A DNA stretch of 64,000 nucleotides, from the sequence record PQ850594.1; one strand, written 5' to 3'. The position numbers were made by a program, and so were the translations under genes. The notes under the pieces were generated by a model, which saw nothing but the letters and a program-made list of their open reading frames with translations, searched no databases and had not been told where the DNA came from. This DNA is from Escherichia phage AnnaHegner_Bas87. Positions 37,906 through 46,579 of the stretch are shown here, piece after piece; position 1 is the first letter of the stretch, and each line of letters opens with the position of its first letter.

Positions 37906-39753
37906 TTAGTGAGTGTGATTCCAGTTTAACCCAATCTTACAGTCAGATGCCAGAGGGCATTCCATTTTGAGATACTCACCTGCTTTACGAACACACTCTT
38001 CAGTGAGGGTACGAAGTTTGTTAACATCGTCACGATGTACAGTGAACTGGCCTTCATCATGCATGTCAATAACCTTCGCACAACGAACACCATCACGCTC
38101 AATCCATTTATTAAGGAATAGCATTGCATACTTCATAACAATCGCCCCAGCGCTCTGTAAGAGAGTATTTAAGGCTTTATGAACCATAACCTTTCCAGTT
38201 GCATCTCTTCTCATTGTAATACGACGTCCATCCACACCGTAGATGTATCCACTTTGTGCTTTCTCTGTCATACGTTCAATAAGAATTGCAATACAAGGAT
38301 TCTCTGCTAAGAATCTTGCCCTCATGACAGCTCCTTCATCAGAGCCACCGCCTACGATGCTTCCTAACTTAGCGTCACCAGCTCCGTAGTTGAATGCGTA
38401 GATAAATGTTTTAGCATTATCACGAGTAGGAAGGCCAGCAAGTTTTTGGTTATGTGAGTGAATATCTCCTTCTAAAAGAATATCTCTGTACATAACAGCA
38501 GAAGCTAGACCGCGTTCAGCTTCTCGTTTCTTAGCCGGGTTGTTTTCTCGCTCTGCTTCAGCGAGCATCTCACGACACTCTTTAATAAGGTAGTGAGCTA
38601 GCATCCTCAGCTCAAGACCAGAGCCATCGTAACCTAAGAAGATTTCACGACCAGCAGGAACATAGAACTTATAGGCACCTACAGGTTTGTCTTTCTTGCC
38701 CGGTTTTCCCACTTCGTAGATAGTGTTAGTACCCTTTCGTACGTAACACCCATCAGGGATATGGTTGGTAATGGTGAAAGGATGGTTATGACTATCGTCT
38801 GAGGAATAGTCAGATTGAAAAAGACTGCGGCACTCGTGACCAAACAAACCGCGAGAAGGAATATTAACAACAATGCGATGTTTAAAACGAAATGTCGGAG
38901 TAGCGCAGCTATTAGCTTCGGCGGACAACTTACCATCTTTACGTTCCTTGTCGATAAGCCCGCTAATCAAACCTAGCCTGTGAGCCGCTACAACGCGTCT
39001 CTTAAGCAAACTTCCTACACCCCCTAGCTCACCCCCAAGCCCTTCTTCAAGAGTCTCCTCAAGGTTTGTAGGGGCTGTAGGCCACTTGTTTGATGTAGCC
39101 AAAGCTTTTTTGATTTCATCAAAGGTTACAGGCTTCTTCCTATTAGGGTTAAGACCTAAACCGCTGACATAGGCTTTCATATAATTGACAGTGTGATAAC
39201 GGAAGTGCTTATCCAAAAACCTTCGGATATCAGCATCTATCATCTCTGCTGTCTGTTTCTCTTTAGCGTTACCTCGAATCCAAGCAGAATACCATGCAGA
39301 GTATGTACCATACTTCTTCATAGCTTTACGAATTTCAAAAGTATTCCAAGGTTTCTTAGAATAATTCCACTCTGGAGGTATAAAACCTTCATCCATCAAG
39401 GCTTCTTTAATACGTGCATCTTTTGATGGGTCAAAATCTACATACTCAACGCAAGTAAACGCCCCACCGATATCTTCTCTTTTAAGACCAACCCTATCGC
39501 AATAGAGCTGAGGCCACTTCTGTAAAGCACCTGACTTCTTAAAAGGCTTAGCATAAGTTGAACCATCCACCCGCATTTTAGGGAGGAGAGGAATCAGTTC
39601 TTTATCAATATTGACAATAATCTCTTTGAGAAGGTGAACAAACCACCGAGCGTTTCTTCTGTTGAAGTTGACTCCATGCTTCGCTTGTTTTGAGATTATA
39701 TCAGCGACTGTCATCTCCGTTATGAAAGGTAACTTATCAGGGTTATCCATCAC
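37906..39753 (-). CDS. DNA polymerase, family A (polymerase domain)
   Basis: motif A YDGSGLELRMLAH, motif B RDNAKTFIYAFNYGAG, motif C MHDEGQF. Confidence 0.8.
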   Translation of the reverse strand: MMDNPDKLPFITEMTVADIISKQAKHGVNFNRRNARWFVHLLKEIIVNIDKELIPLLPKMRVDGSTYAKPFKKSGALQKWPQLYCDRVGLKREDIGGAFTCVEYVDFDPSKDARIKEALMDEGFIPPEWNYSKKPWNTFEIRKAMKKYGTYSAWYSAWIRGNAKEKQTAEMIDADIRRFLDKHFRYHTVNYMKAYVSGLGLNPNRKKPVTFDEIKKALATSNKWPTAPTNLEETLEEGLGGELGGVGSLLKRRVVAAHRLGLISGLIDKERKDGKLSAEANSCATPTFRFKHRIVVNIPSRGLFGHECRSLFQSDYSSDDSHNHPFTITNHIPDGCYVRKGTNTIYEVGKPGKKDKPVGAYKFYVPAGREIFLGYDGSGLELRMLAHYLIKECREMLAEAERENNPAKKREAERGLASAVMYRDILLEGDIHSHNQKLAGLPTRDNAKTFIYAFNYGAGDAKLGSIVGGGSDEGAVMRARFLAENPCIAILIERMTEKAQSGYIYGVDGRRITMRRDATGKVMVHKALNTLLQSAGAIVMKYAMLFLNKWIERDGVRCAKVIDMHDEGQFTVHRDDVNKLRTLTEECVRKAGEYLKMECPLASDCKIGLNWNHTH

Positions 39754-39766
39754 CCACTCCTTATAG

Positions 39767-40120
39767 TTATTGGTATATTAAATCTGTGAATGCTTGGTTG
39801 TCTTCAACAATATCTAAAGCTTCATATGAATCAGCCAATTCATCCACATAAAAGACTGCTGGAATATCTTCTGCTCGTTGTCTACGAGCTTCTCTCCGTT
39901 CGTTGCTGTTTCTCTGAACCTGTGCAAGTTTCATACCCCACACCTGCTCATATAACTCTGGATACTTGTCACTAACCACTACATAGTTTCGAGCTGGTTG
40001 GTTTCTATTAATCTTCGCTGTCAACTCAATAAACTGGCGAAACTCTTGAATAGAGAGGTTGTCATGAATATTATCCCACTTGAGAACGCAGTGACGTTCT
40101 AGGCGTTGAGGTACTGGCAT
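39767..40120 (-). CDS. hypothetical protein
   Basis: 117-aa ORF. Confidence 0.4.
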   Translation of the reverse strand: MPVPQRLERHCVLKWDNIHDNLSIQEFRQFIELTAKINRNQPARNYVVVSDKYPELYEQVWGMKLAQVQRNSNERREARRQRAEDIPAVFYVDELADSYEALDIVEDNQAFTDLIYQ

Positions 40121-40123
40121 AAC

Positions 40124-40393
40124 TTACTCCACTGTAGGGAATGGTTTTAGGTTGTTCATGGCTGTACGAACATCAGCACAGACTTCAGGGTCACGATAAG
40201 AGAGGAATTTACCATCCTTACCACGAATCATTACATTAGTCCGTGCTGTTTTATTAGGCAATAAAGAAATCCCTCCAATCAGGTGATTGGTAGGGTGTTG
40301 TCCTTGATTAACCTTGTAGTCATGAGTCTGAGCGTCACCATTAAAGAGATGATCACGAATTTGGATTAAGCTGATCTTCATATTATGCACCAA
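40124..40393 (-). CDS. hypothetical protein (tandem paralog A)
   Basis: shares TARTNV.(I/L)RG.DGKF(L/I)S(Y/F)RD...NLKPFP with next ORF. Confidence 0.45.
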   Translation of the reverse strand: MVHNMKISLIQIRDHLFNGDAQTHDYKVNQGQHPTNHLIGGISLLPNKTARTNVMIRGKDGKFLSYRDPEVCADVRTAMNNLKPFPTVE

Positions 40394-40634
40394 AGTTAGG
40401 GAAAGGTTTCAGATTTTCAATAGACTTAGCAATACGCTTAGGAACAATCTTATCACGGAAGGAGATGAACTTGCCATCAGGGCCACGAAGGGCTACATTA
40501 GTACGAGCTGTTGTTTTGTTAAACTGAATCATCTCAACAGAGCTTGTAACATTTTCTACAGGAAAAGTATAACTCTCAGTTGTGTTCAGAGAAGGAAGGA
40601 AATCAGTTACAGTGATATAAGTTACTTTAGACAT
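40383..40634 (-). CDS. hypothetical protein (tandem paralog B)
   Basis: see paralog A. Confidence 0.45.
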   Translation of the reverse strand: MSKVTYITVTDFLPSLNTTESYTFPVENVTSSVEMIQFNKTTARTNVALRGPDGKFISFRDKIVPKRIAKSIENLKPFPNFGA

Positions 40635-40653
40635 ATTTATTACCTTAGGTTAC

Positions 40654-40687
40654 ATAAAAGAAAAGGCCACCCGAAATGGGTAGCCTT
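40654..40687 (-). terminator. rho-independent terminator (minus strand)
   Basis: AGGCCACCC-GAAAT-GGGTAGCCT hairpin (one G-U pair) followed on minus strand by TTTTCTTTTAT. Confidence 0.45.
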
Positions 40688-40690
40688 ATA

Positions 40691-41008
40691 TTAACTTGAG
40701 CTTAAAGCTCCTTTTCGACCGCCTGCTGATTTTCCAGCACGATCTCCACTTTTGCCGCCGTTCGAGCGATTTCGAGAGACTGATTCAACACGTAAGTTAC
40801 TTGACGCATTAGAACCTCCCGACTTGATTGATCGTTTGTGTCCAACATCTTTACCTCGGACAGCAGCTTTTCCATCGCGCTTTTCAACGATGCGACGTGC
40901 ACGGTGGCGCTGAGCATCTCCGCTCTTGCTACCAACGCCGGTCTCACCCCTTGCGATTGCAGTTCTTCGTTCTTGTGCATAATCACGTTTCGCCTTATCG
41001 GTCATCAC
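40691..41008 (-). CDS. basic Gly/Lys/Arg-rich low-complexity protein (frame uncertain)
   Basis: ATG directly downstream of promoter motif; overlapping alternative frame 40702-40986 also open. Confidence 0.3.
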   Translation of the reverse strand: MMTDKAKRDYAQERRTAIARGETGVGSKSGDAQRHRARRIVEKRDGKAAVRGKDVGHKRSIKSGGSNASSNLRVESVSRNRSNGGKSGDRAGKSAGGRKGALSSS

Positions 41009-41030
41009 AACTCCTTAACATATCAGTGTA

Positions 41031-41039
41031 CACTAAGGA
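41031..41039 (-). promoter_or_regulatory. phage promoter-like motif TAATGTATA (minus strand)
   Basis: exact 9-mer ~22 nt upstream of ATG 41008. Confidence 0.4.
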
Positions 41040-41052
41040 GTATACATTATGT

Positions 41053-41790
41053 TTATGATTTTTCAGATTCCATTGCTTTAACAATAGCTTTACAGAAACC
41101 TGAACGAACAATATCGTCTGATTCACCATCTACTAGAGCGGCAAATTCAAATAACTGGTGACGGTAGATGAAATCAGTAGCCCAATCCAGACCACTCTCA
41201 CCACGCATATCATGCTGATTAGTATCTCCCATGCAGAACATCTGAGAGGTTTCACCAAGACGTGTCATGATTGAATATGCTTCATCAGGAGTAGTATTCT
41301 GGAACTCATCAACAATCACGATGGCGTCATTGAATGATCGACCACGCAGATATTCCAGAGGTACGAACTCAATGTTACCATTACCTACTTGACATTCGTA
41401 GAAACCTTTACCGTAGCGCTGAGTAATAACATCAACGATTGGCATCAGGTATGGTTCAAACTTCTCACGAAGCCCACCGGGAAGTAGTCCAAGACTGTTA
41501 CCCATACCAACAGCAGGTCGGCTTAGGATAATCTTCTCAATCTTCCCACTCTTCAGAGCATCGATCACTGTAGAAGTGATTACGAATGTCTTACCACAGC
41601 CAGCAGGAGCATCTGTGAATACAACCTGTTTGGTTTTAATTGCATCAAGCAGCTCACTCTGGAATTGGTTCTGAGGTACTACCGGCTTAGCAAGAACTAC
41701 TTCTTCAAATTCCCGCTTTCCTTTCTTGGTGACGAGAGCTTCACGACGTAATTCTCTCCGTGATGCTTTCCGAGATTCTCTACGACTCAT
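41053..41790 (-). CDS. phoH: PhoH-like ATPase
   Basis: Walker A ...DAPAGCGKTF...; 245 aa. Confidence 0.75.
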   Translation of the reverse strand: MSRRESRKASRRELRREALVTKKGKREFEEVVLAKPVVPQNQFQSELLDAIKTKQVVFTDAPAGCGKTFVITSTVIDALKSGKIEKIILSRPAVGMGNSLGLLPGGLREKFEPYLMPIVDVITQRYGKGFYECQVGNGNIEFVPLEYLRGRSFNDAIVIVDEFQNTTPDEAYSIMTRLGETSQMFCMGDTNQHDMRGESGLDWATDFIYRHQLFEFAALVDGESDDIVRSGFCKAIVKAMESEKS

Positions 41791-41968
41791 TTCCTACCTC
41801 CGTGTTCTTCATATAAGAAGCTACAGGATTTACACTCTGAGCAATGGATACCTATAACCTTAATTTCGACAAACTTCTTATTCTTCCCTTTAGTCGGGGA
41901 GCCTTTGGCAAGCTCCCGTATTACTTTCGAGTCCAAATGGAGAAGAGTTGATTCACATTTAAAACATT

Positions 41969-42289
41969 TCAGATTGATTTGTCCTTATGTAAACGGTATA
42001 CTTCAGTAGCCATACAAGCTATACGCTCGTCATGAGGAAGATGCATACCAGTGGAGCCATTCCATCCATTGAACTCTGAATCGAAGAATCCAATAGGCTC
42101 AGGATACATCTCTTGCAAGGTGGTTAAGTCATCAGCCACTTGTTGCCACTTATCGTCAGACCAGATTGGGTCATCCAACCAATAATACAAATAGGAGTGG
42201 ATAAGCATCTGTGTTCTGTGTCGTTTAATCACTTCAGCAGGACTGATTTCATTTCCGTTACCAGTCCTAAATGTATTATTGTTGATCAT
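41969..42289 (-). CDS. hypothetical protein (motif resembling NAD-ligase domain Ia)
   Basis: ...LIHSYLYYWLDDPIWSDDKWQQVADDLTTLQEMYPE... ; weak. Confidence 0.35.
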   Translation of the reverse strand: MINNNTFRTGNGNEISPAEVIKRHRTQMLIHSYLYYWLDDPIWSDDKWQQVADDLTTLQEMYPEPIGFFDSEFNGWNGSTGMHLPHDERIACMATEVYRLHKDKSI

Positions 42290-42765
42290 TCCAAAACCCT
42301 TTCTTCTAAATCATAAAAGATTTGATTTGTCCCATTATTCTCAACAAGCACTGTTCCATTATCTAACAGGGTAGCAACTTGGGAATAAGGAATGTTCTTT
42401 AACATCAGAGAGTTGGTGGTTGGCTTCTTTTTGAAGTAAGCGACAGGCTCAACGTAGAAGGAAATCCCACGACTCCCTTTGATTGGAGTACTCGAAGACA
42501 ATACCCAAATTGTTTCTGGATTGCCTACTCCTTTTTCAACACCGACCTCAACAAGAGAGTCAGCAGCGAAACCTACAGGACGCCTAGAAGAACCAAGCAA
42601 CCGAATATATCCCGGTAGTTTTGACATATTAGACCAACTGCCAGTGTTTTCATTAAACATAGGTCGTGTATTTCCATATGCCCAAACCTGATTATCACAA
42701 TCGCGGGCTATGTATTTGGTCCACTCAGGAACATCATATTCTCTTCCTTCAAAAATAGCTTTCAT
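42286..42765 (-). CDS. hypothetical protein
   Basis: 159-aa ORF. Confidence 0.4.
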   Translation of the reverse strand: MKAIFEGREYDVPEWTKYIARDCDNQVWAYGNTRPMFNENTGSWSNMSKLPGYIRLLGSSRRPVGFAADSLVEVGVEKGVGNPETIWVLSSSTPIKGSRGISFYVEPVAYFKKKPTTNSLMLKNIPYSQVATLLDNGTVLVENNGTNQIFYDLEERVLE

Positions 42766-43074
42766 TTAGATAACCTTGTGCTTGTAGGTGTTAGGTTTGT
42801 AGTAATGCAACCAGTTTATGTGTTGCTTCTGTTCAAGGTAGTGCCTGCAATCATGACAAAAAGCATGACCCAAACCTGTTTCCTCGTTCAGCTTGAAATT
42901 GATAAGAAGCTTCTTCTTTTGACAGAAGCTACATACTTTAGTGGGCTTCACGTAGTGCGTCCCATGAGATTGGGAAAAGTTTACGAAGCTCTTCATCAAC
43001 AGTTGATGCGAATAAACGCACTTCGTATTGAGCATGGTCTGACAGACGTTGACGACACAACTCTGACCAACCAA
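42766..43074 (-). CDS. Cys-rich zinc-ribbon-like protein
   Basis: CSFCQ...CHDCRH motifs; 5' end overlaps ThyX gene in another frame, start uncertain. Confidence 0.3.
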   Translation of the reverse strand: MVGQSCVVNVCQTMLNTKCVYSHQLLMKSFVNFSQSHGTHYVKPTKVCSFCQKKKLLINFKLNEETGLGHAFCHDCRHYLEQKQHINWLHYYKPNTYKHKVI

Positions 43075-43588
43075 ATAAAGACCCTGTCCACACCCACTCA
43101 GTGATCATGCCCTGAGGCAATACGAATCGAGCTTGCTCTGGAGCGATAAACTTAATCAATTCATCATACGACTCAAGAGCTGTTTCGTATGCCCGATTAA
43201 TCAGAACTAGTGCAGAGTTTTGTGCTCCTGTGGTGAGGAGATTCCCCGCACCTGCATGGAGGTCCGAAGGTCTTTCAAAAATCTCTTTAGGGATGAAGAG
43301 TTCAACTGCTCCATCTTTATACCGCCGGGACATTTCGTTCCATGAGAATCCAACTTGGTGTTTATTGAGTTGTCTAGCAATTGCAATGGGAGCCTTACAC
43401 CGAAAGGTGATTTGAGGGTGTCGAAAAGGAGTCACATGACGTTCCCGAGCTAAGAATTTAATCAACCGCTCGTCACGTTCGTTCAGATCACCATCTCGTG
43501 TCACACCAAAGGAAACCCTTGCTGCATTGACCACAGATTTGTCGGAACCCATGTGCTCTACCAGTGTTGCTTTTAAAAAATCAGACAT
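42938..43588 (-). CDS. thyX: flavin-dependent thymidylate synthase (ThyX)
   Basis: ...TPFRHPQITFR...ARQL.KH....SWNEMSRRY ThyX-like signature. Confidence 0.65.
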   Translation of the reverse strand: MSDFLKATLVEHMGSDKSVVNAARVSFGVTRDGDLNERDERLIKFLARERHVTPFRHPQITFRCKAPIAIARQLNKHQVGFSWNEMSRRYKDGAVELFIPKEIFERPSDLHAGAGNLLTTGAQNSALVLINRAYETALESYDELIKFIAPEQARFVLPQGMITEWVWTGSLFGWSELCRQRLSDHAQYEVRLFASTVDEELRKLFPISWDALREAH

Positions 43589-44048
43589 ACTTCAACTTCT
43601 CCTTGTTGTAAACTTCTTCTGCCTCTTCGCAAGAAGCAAAAGTCCCTAAATGTATATTCTTACCTTTGACGCCAATGATGGCTCGGTATCTATCACCAGA
43701 AGTTGTCTTACGAAGATACACACCCCTAGGAAGATTTCCTATCTTGCTATCAACATCATACTGCTTTCTGTTATGGCAGTTAGTGGATGGATTTACATCT
43801 CTTAGGTTATCAATCGAATCATTAAGTTTGTTCTGGTCGATGTGGTCAATTTCAAACTCAGGAAACTTTCCATGAACAAAGAACCAAGCAAGGCGACAAG
43901 CTCTGTAGCTTTTCCCTTCATACTCAATATAACGATAACCTAGAGAAGATACATATCCAGCTTGATTCCCTTTAACCCTTCGACCTTTTGTGTTCTTCCA
44001 GAAGAAGGCTCCAGTCTTAGGGTTATATTCCAAGTCATCTTGTATCAT
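43581..44048 (-). CDS. HNH-AP2 homing endonuclease
   Basis: N-terminal ...YNPKTGAFFWK...AGYV..LGYRYIEYEGKSYRACRLAWFFVHG...IDHID... plus AP2-like ...DRYRAIIGVKGKNIHLGTFASCEEAE... Confidence 0.65.
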   Translation of the reverse strand: MIQDDLEYNPKTGAFFWKNTKGRRVKGNQAGYVSSLGYRYIEYEGKSYRACRLAWFFVHGKFPEFEIDHIDQNKLNDSIDNLRDVNPSTNCHNRKQYDVDSKIGNLPRGVYLRKTTSGDRYRAIIGVKGKNIHLGTFASCEEAEEVYNKEKLKYV

Positions 44049-44055
44049 CTCTTCC

Positions 44056-44268
44056 TTAATAATAAACTTTTGGTACTACTACAATGAAACCCGCTGCTGT
44101 CATATATGCACGGTGGATTGAAATCTTCGAATCACGACCCATCTTCTTGAGGGCACGTTTAGTGCATCGTGCAGTTTTACGAGTAGCACACGTGTTAACC
44201 CTTGGATACTCCATCTCTGGATATTCAGAAACAACAGCCCAAAAATACACATCTTTTCCTTGAGTCAT
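44056..44268 (-). CDS. small protein, paralog family member 1 of 4 (C-terminal K-V/I-Y/H-Y)
   Basis: 70 aa; shared TR.EAR..K.. and C-terminal PKVYY. Confidence 0.45.
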   Translation of the reverse strand: MTQGKDVYFWAVVSEYPEMEYPRVNTCATRKTARCTKRALKKMGRDSKISIHRAYMTAAGFIVVVPKVYY

Positions 44269-44283
44269 AATAGCACCTATTCT

Positions 44284-44499
44284 TTAATAGTAAATCTTTT
44301 TATAAATCAGGTTGCTTCCACTTTCTGTTTCAATCCCTTTCTGGATTGTAATCTTAGAAGCACCGGTATTAGCAATTTTTAAAGCTCGTTTAAAGCGGCG
44401 AGCCTCTCTCCGTGTTGTGTATGAGGAGAAGCTAGGGATTGTACTATCAAAATTAAACCACTTAACTACCCAAAAAGTAATCCAAGGTTTCTTTTCCAT
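44284..44499 (-). CDS. small protein, paralog family member 2 of 4
   Basis: 71 aa; TRREARRFKRALK ... KKIYY. Confidence 0.45.
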   Translation of the reverse strand: MEKKPWITFWVVKWFNFDSTIPSFSSYTTRREARRFKRALKIANTGASKITIQKGIETESGSNLIYKKIYY

Positions 44500-44500
44500 A

Positions 44501-44776
44501 TTAAATACCTTTCAGAGCTGTATCTAAAAACGCACGGAGGTTTGATTCAGTTTGCATACCGGACAAGCTGTAGTGAGCACCACTGTTCATGTTAGGAACC
44601 ACAAAGGCTGGGATACTGCGAACACCATATTCAATGGCTCGCTCTCGACCATCACCTTCAGAGATATTTACTTCTTCAACTTCTACGTTGTAATCAGCTA
44701 CAACTTTCTTAAACACAGGAGCCATAGCTGCACATGGAGCACAGGAATTACTATAAAACTTAATTACTTTACTCAT
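44501..44776 (-). CDS. thioredoxin-fold (thioredoxin/glutaredoxin-like) protein
   Basis: CAPC active-site-like motif after beta strand (KFYSNSCAPCAAM); likely start MSKVIKF with AAGGAA RBS. Confidence 0.55.
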   Translation of the reverse strand: MSKVIKFYSNSCAPCAAMAPVFKKVVADYNVEVEEVNISEGDGRERAIEYGVRSIPAFVVPNMNSGAHYSLSGMQTESNLRAFLDTALKGI

Positions 44777-44777
44777 T

Positions 44778-44954
44778 TTATTCCTTGTTAATAAACAGAT
44801 TGATATGACGCTGGGTAGCAGGAACAACAATAAAAGATTTATACTGACCTTTTGCTAAGTCATGAGCAATCTTCTTTGTCTGACCAAGACCCATCACACA
44901 GCCACTAACGATAATGGCATGTGCTTGTAATTCTTCAGGTAGGTTTAGTTTCAC
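44778..44954 (-). CDS. unlisted small ORF (58 aa, GTG start)
   Basis: AAGGAA RBS; stop overlaps thioredoxin ATG (TAAAATG). Confidence 0.3.
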   Translation of the reverse strand: MKLNLPEELQAHAIIVSGCVMGLGQTKKIAHDLAKGQYKSFIVVPATQRHINLFINKE

Positions 44955-44966
44955 TCTTTGGATTCC

Positions 44967-45152
44967 TTATAGCATACAAAGAATAATAACAAGAGGTAGT
45001 GTTATAGCAAAATGTACCAGAACAACACTACCTAGCTTGATAGCTTTAACATCCTCTTCTGCTGGGTTTTCTTTAATTGCTAAATTTCGAGCTTTATATA
45101 TAACAGTACCAACTATTAACGACCACACGGCCCACACAATCAGTGAAATCAT
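44967..45152 (-). CDS. small membrane protein (2 TM), tandem paralog
   Basis: shared K.NP...K.IK.GS.ALV.F pattern with next ORF. Confidence 0.45.
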   Translation of the reverse strand: MISLIVWAVWSLIVGTVIYKARNLAIKENPAEEDVKAIKLGSVVLVHFAITLPLVIILCML

Positions 45153-45161
45153 ATCAAACCC

Positions 45162-45383
45162 TTATGCAGTCAACAGGTGGAGAAGGAAAGGAATGACAAC
45201 AGAGAAAACTACCAGAGCAATGCTACCATGTTTAATAGGTTTGGCATCATTTGGATTTTCTTTAAGCATCTGCTTCTGAGCCAGATAAACGATACCACCA
45301 ACAAGGATTGCCCATACAGACCATACGATTGCTGAAAACATACTCATATCCTTATAAAGAAGTTCGCCCCACCTCTTGAACAA
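45162..45383 (-). CDS. small membrane protein (2 TM), tandem paralog
   Basis: see above. Confidence 0.45.
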   Translation of the reverse strand: MFKRWGELLYKDMSMFSAIVWSVWAILVGGIVYLAQKQMLKENPNDAKPIKHGSIALVVFSVVIPFLLHLLTA

Positions 45384-45404
45384 AGAGACAGGGCGGAGGT
45401 TTGA

Positions 45405-45980
45405 TTAGTAAGACACATCACCACTGGAGTGGGACATGTTGCTCTTGACGAAGTAACAGAACTTGCCAAGACCTTCATTAATTTCTTGAAGCATACTCTG
45501 GTCCACTGGATAGGTGCACAAGTCTGAATCAAACTCATCCATCTTCTCAATGATACACATAAGAGTCATGCACATGTCGGAAAGCATACCGTCCATGTCG
45601 AGATCAGCGTTACCTTCTCGGAACCAAGCATGGCCTAAATAATTACTAGCAGTAGCATCCACTTTAACACAATGAAAGCGCATACGCTCTGCTATTCGGT
45701 CGCCTGCCTCACGAGCATAATCTTCTAGTTCATCGAACATACCATGAACACCTTGGAAACCAGCTCCAGAGACGTTCCAGTGGTAGTTCTTTGCTTTGAT
45801 GTGTAGAAGTTCAAGGTTAGCTTGCACACCACACAAGATGTGTTCTAAGCTGTTACCGCTAATCAGTTTATTCATTCCCTCAAGACGAGAGATAGAAGAG
45901 TCAGTAGTAGAGAATGGGTTGCTAGAACCCACTCGTGTTAGTTCTGGTAAGTCGAAGACATTATTATGCATTAGGTGCAT
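45405..45980 (-). CDS. Dps/ferritin-like protein
   Basis: ...KAKNYHWNVSGAGFQGVHGMFDELEDYAREAGDRIAERM... matches Dps ferroxidase region. Confidence 0.6.
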   Translation of the reverse strand: MHLMHNNVFDLPELTRVGSSNPFSTTDSSISRLEGMNKLISGNSLEHILCGVQANLELLHIKAKNYHWNVSGAGFQGVHGMFDELEDYAREAGDRIAERMRFHCVKVDATASNYLGHAWFREGNADLDMDGMLSDMCMTLMCIIEKMDEFDSDLCTYPVDQSMLQEINEGLGKFCYFVKSNMSHSSGDVSY

Positions 45981-46311
45981 CCCCTTCTAAGTTAGTTGAA
46001 TTAGCTACATTACGAGCAATGTTATCCATGACCTGCTGGGTAATAACAATGCAATTCTGTGGGTCTACAGACTTAGAACGCCCCATTTCAGGGTCATAAA
46101 CCTTAACACGCTTGGCTGTTGAGCCAGTAACTTGCAACACTTTGAGAAGATAACCTTGGTTTCCAATAGACCATGCAACAACATCACGATTCTTGATATA
46201 ACGACCAAGCATATCACGATGATAGAACTGCTGCATAACTTTAGCTTTGCTAATCTCTTCAGATGGCGGGGCCACTTTACTCAAATCTAACATAACTCTC
46301 TCCTGTTTCAT
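45964..46311 (-). CDS. hypothetical protein
   Basis: 115-aa ORF. Confidence 0.4.
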   Translation of the reverse strand: MKQERVMLDLSKVAPPSEEISKAKVMQQFYHRDMLGRYIKNRDVVAWSIGNQGYLLKVLQVTGSTAKRVKVYDPEMGRSKSVDPQNCIVITQQVMDNIARNVANSTNLEGDAPNA

Positions 46312-46330
46312 ACAATATTCTTATACTGTA

Positions 46331-46339
46331 TATACATTT
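46331..46339 (-). promoter_or_regulatory. phage promoter-like motif (AAATGTATA, minus strand)
   Basis: ~20 nt upstream of start 46311. Confidence 0.3.
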
Positions 46340-46363
46340 GAGAGTTATCATATCTACTACCAA

Positions 46364-46579
46364 CTAGTAATAAACCTTGCTGGATATGAATCCAGCACTG
46401 TTATGGATATTTTCAATCCAACGATGAATCTCCACCTTTTCAGCGATTCCTAAAGCTTTTGTAGCTTTTATAGTTTTCTTAGCAAGACGAGCCTCTTGTC
46501 TTGTGTTGAATAATTGAATACAATCACCACCAAGAGCTTTGTTAGCCCATTTAGTACGAACTGCCCATAATTTATCCAT
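46364..46579 (-). CDS. small protein, paralog family member 3 of 4
   Basis: 71 aa; TRQEARLAKK ... SKVYY. Confidence 0.45.
   Translation of the reverse strand: MDKLWAVRTKWANKALGGDCIQLFNTRQEARLAKKTIKATKALGIAEKVEIHRWIENIHNSAGFISSKVYY

Noticed and set aside
41024-41070. Tiny plus-strand ORF after TAAGGAG (MFMIFQIPLL)
   Set aside because: Ten codons, antisense to the minus-strand promoter/start region; most likely coincidental.
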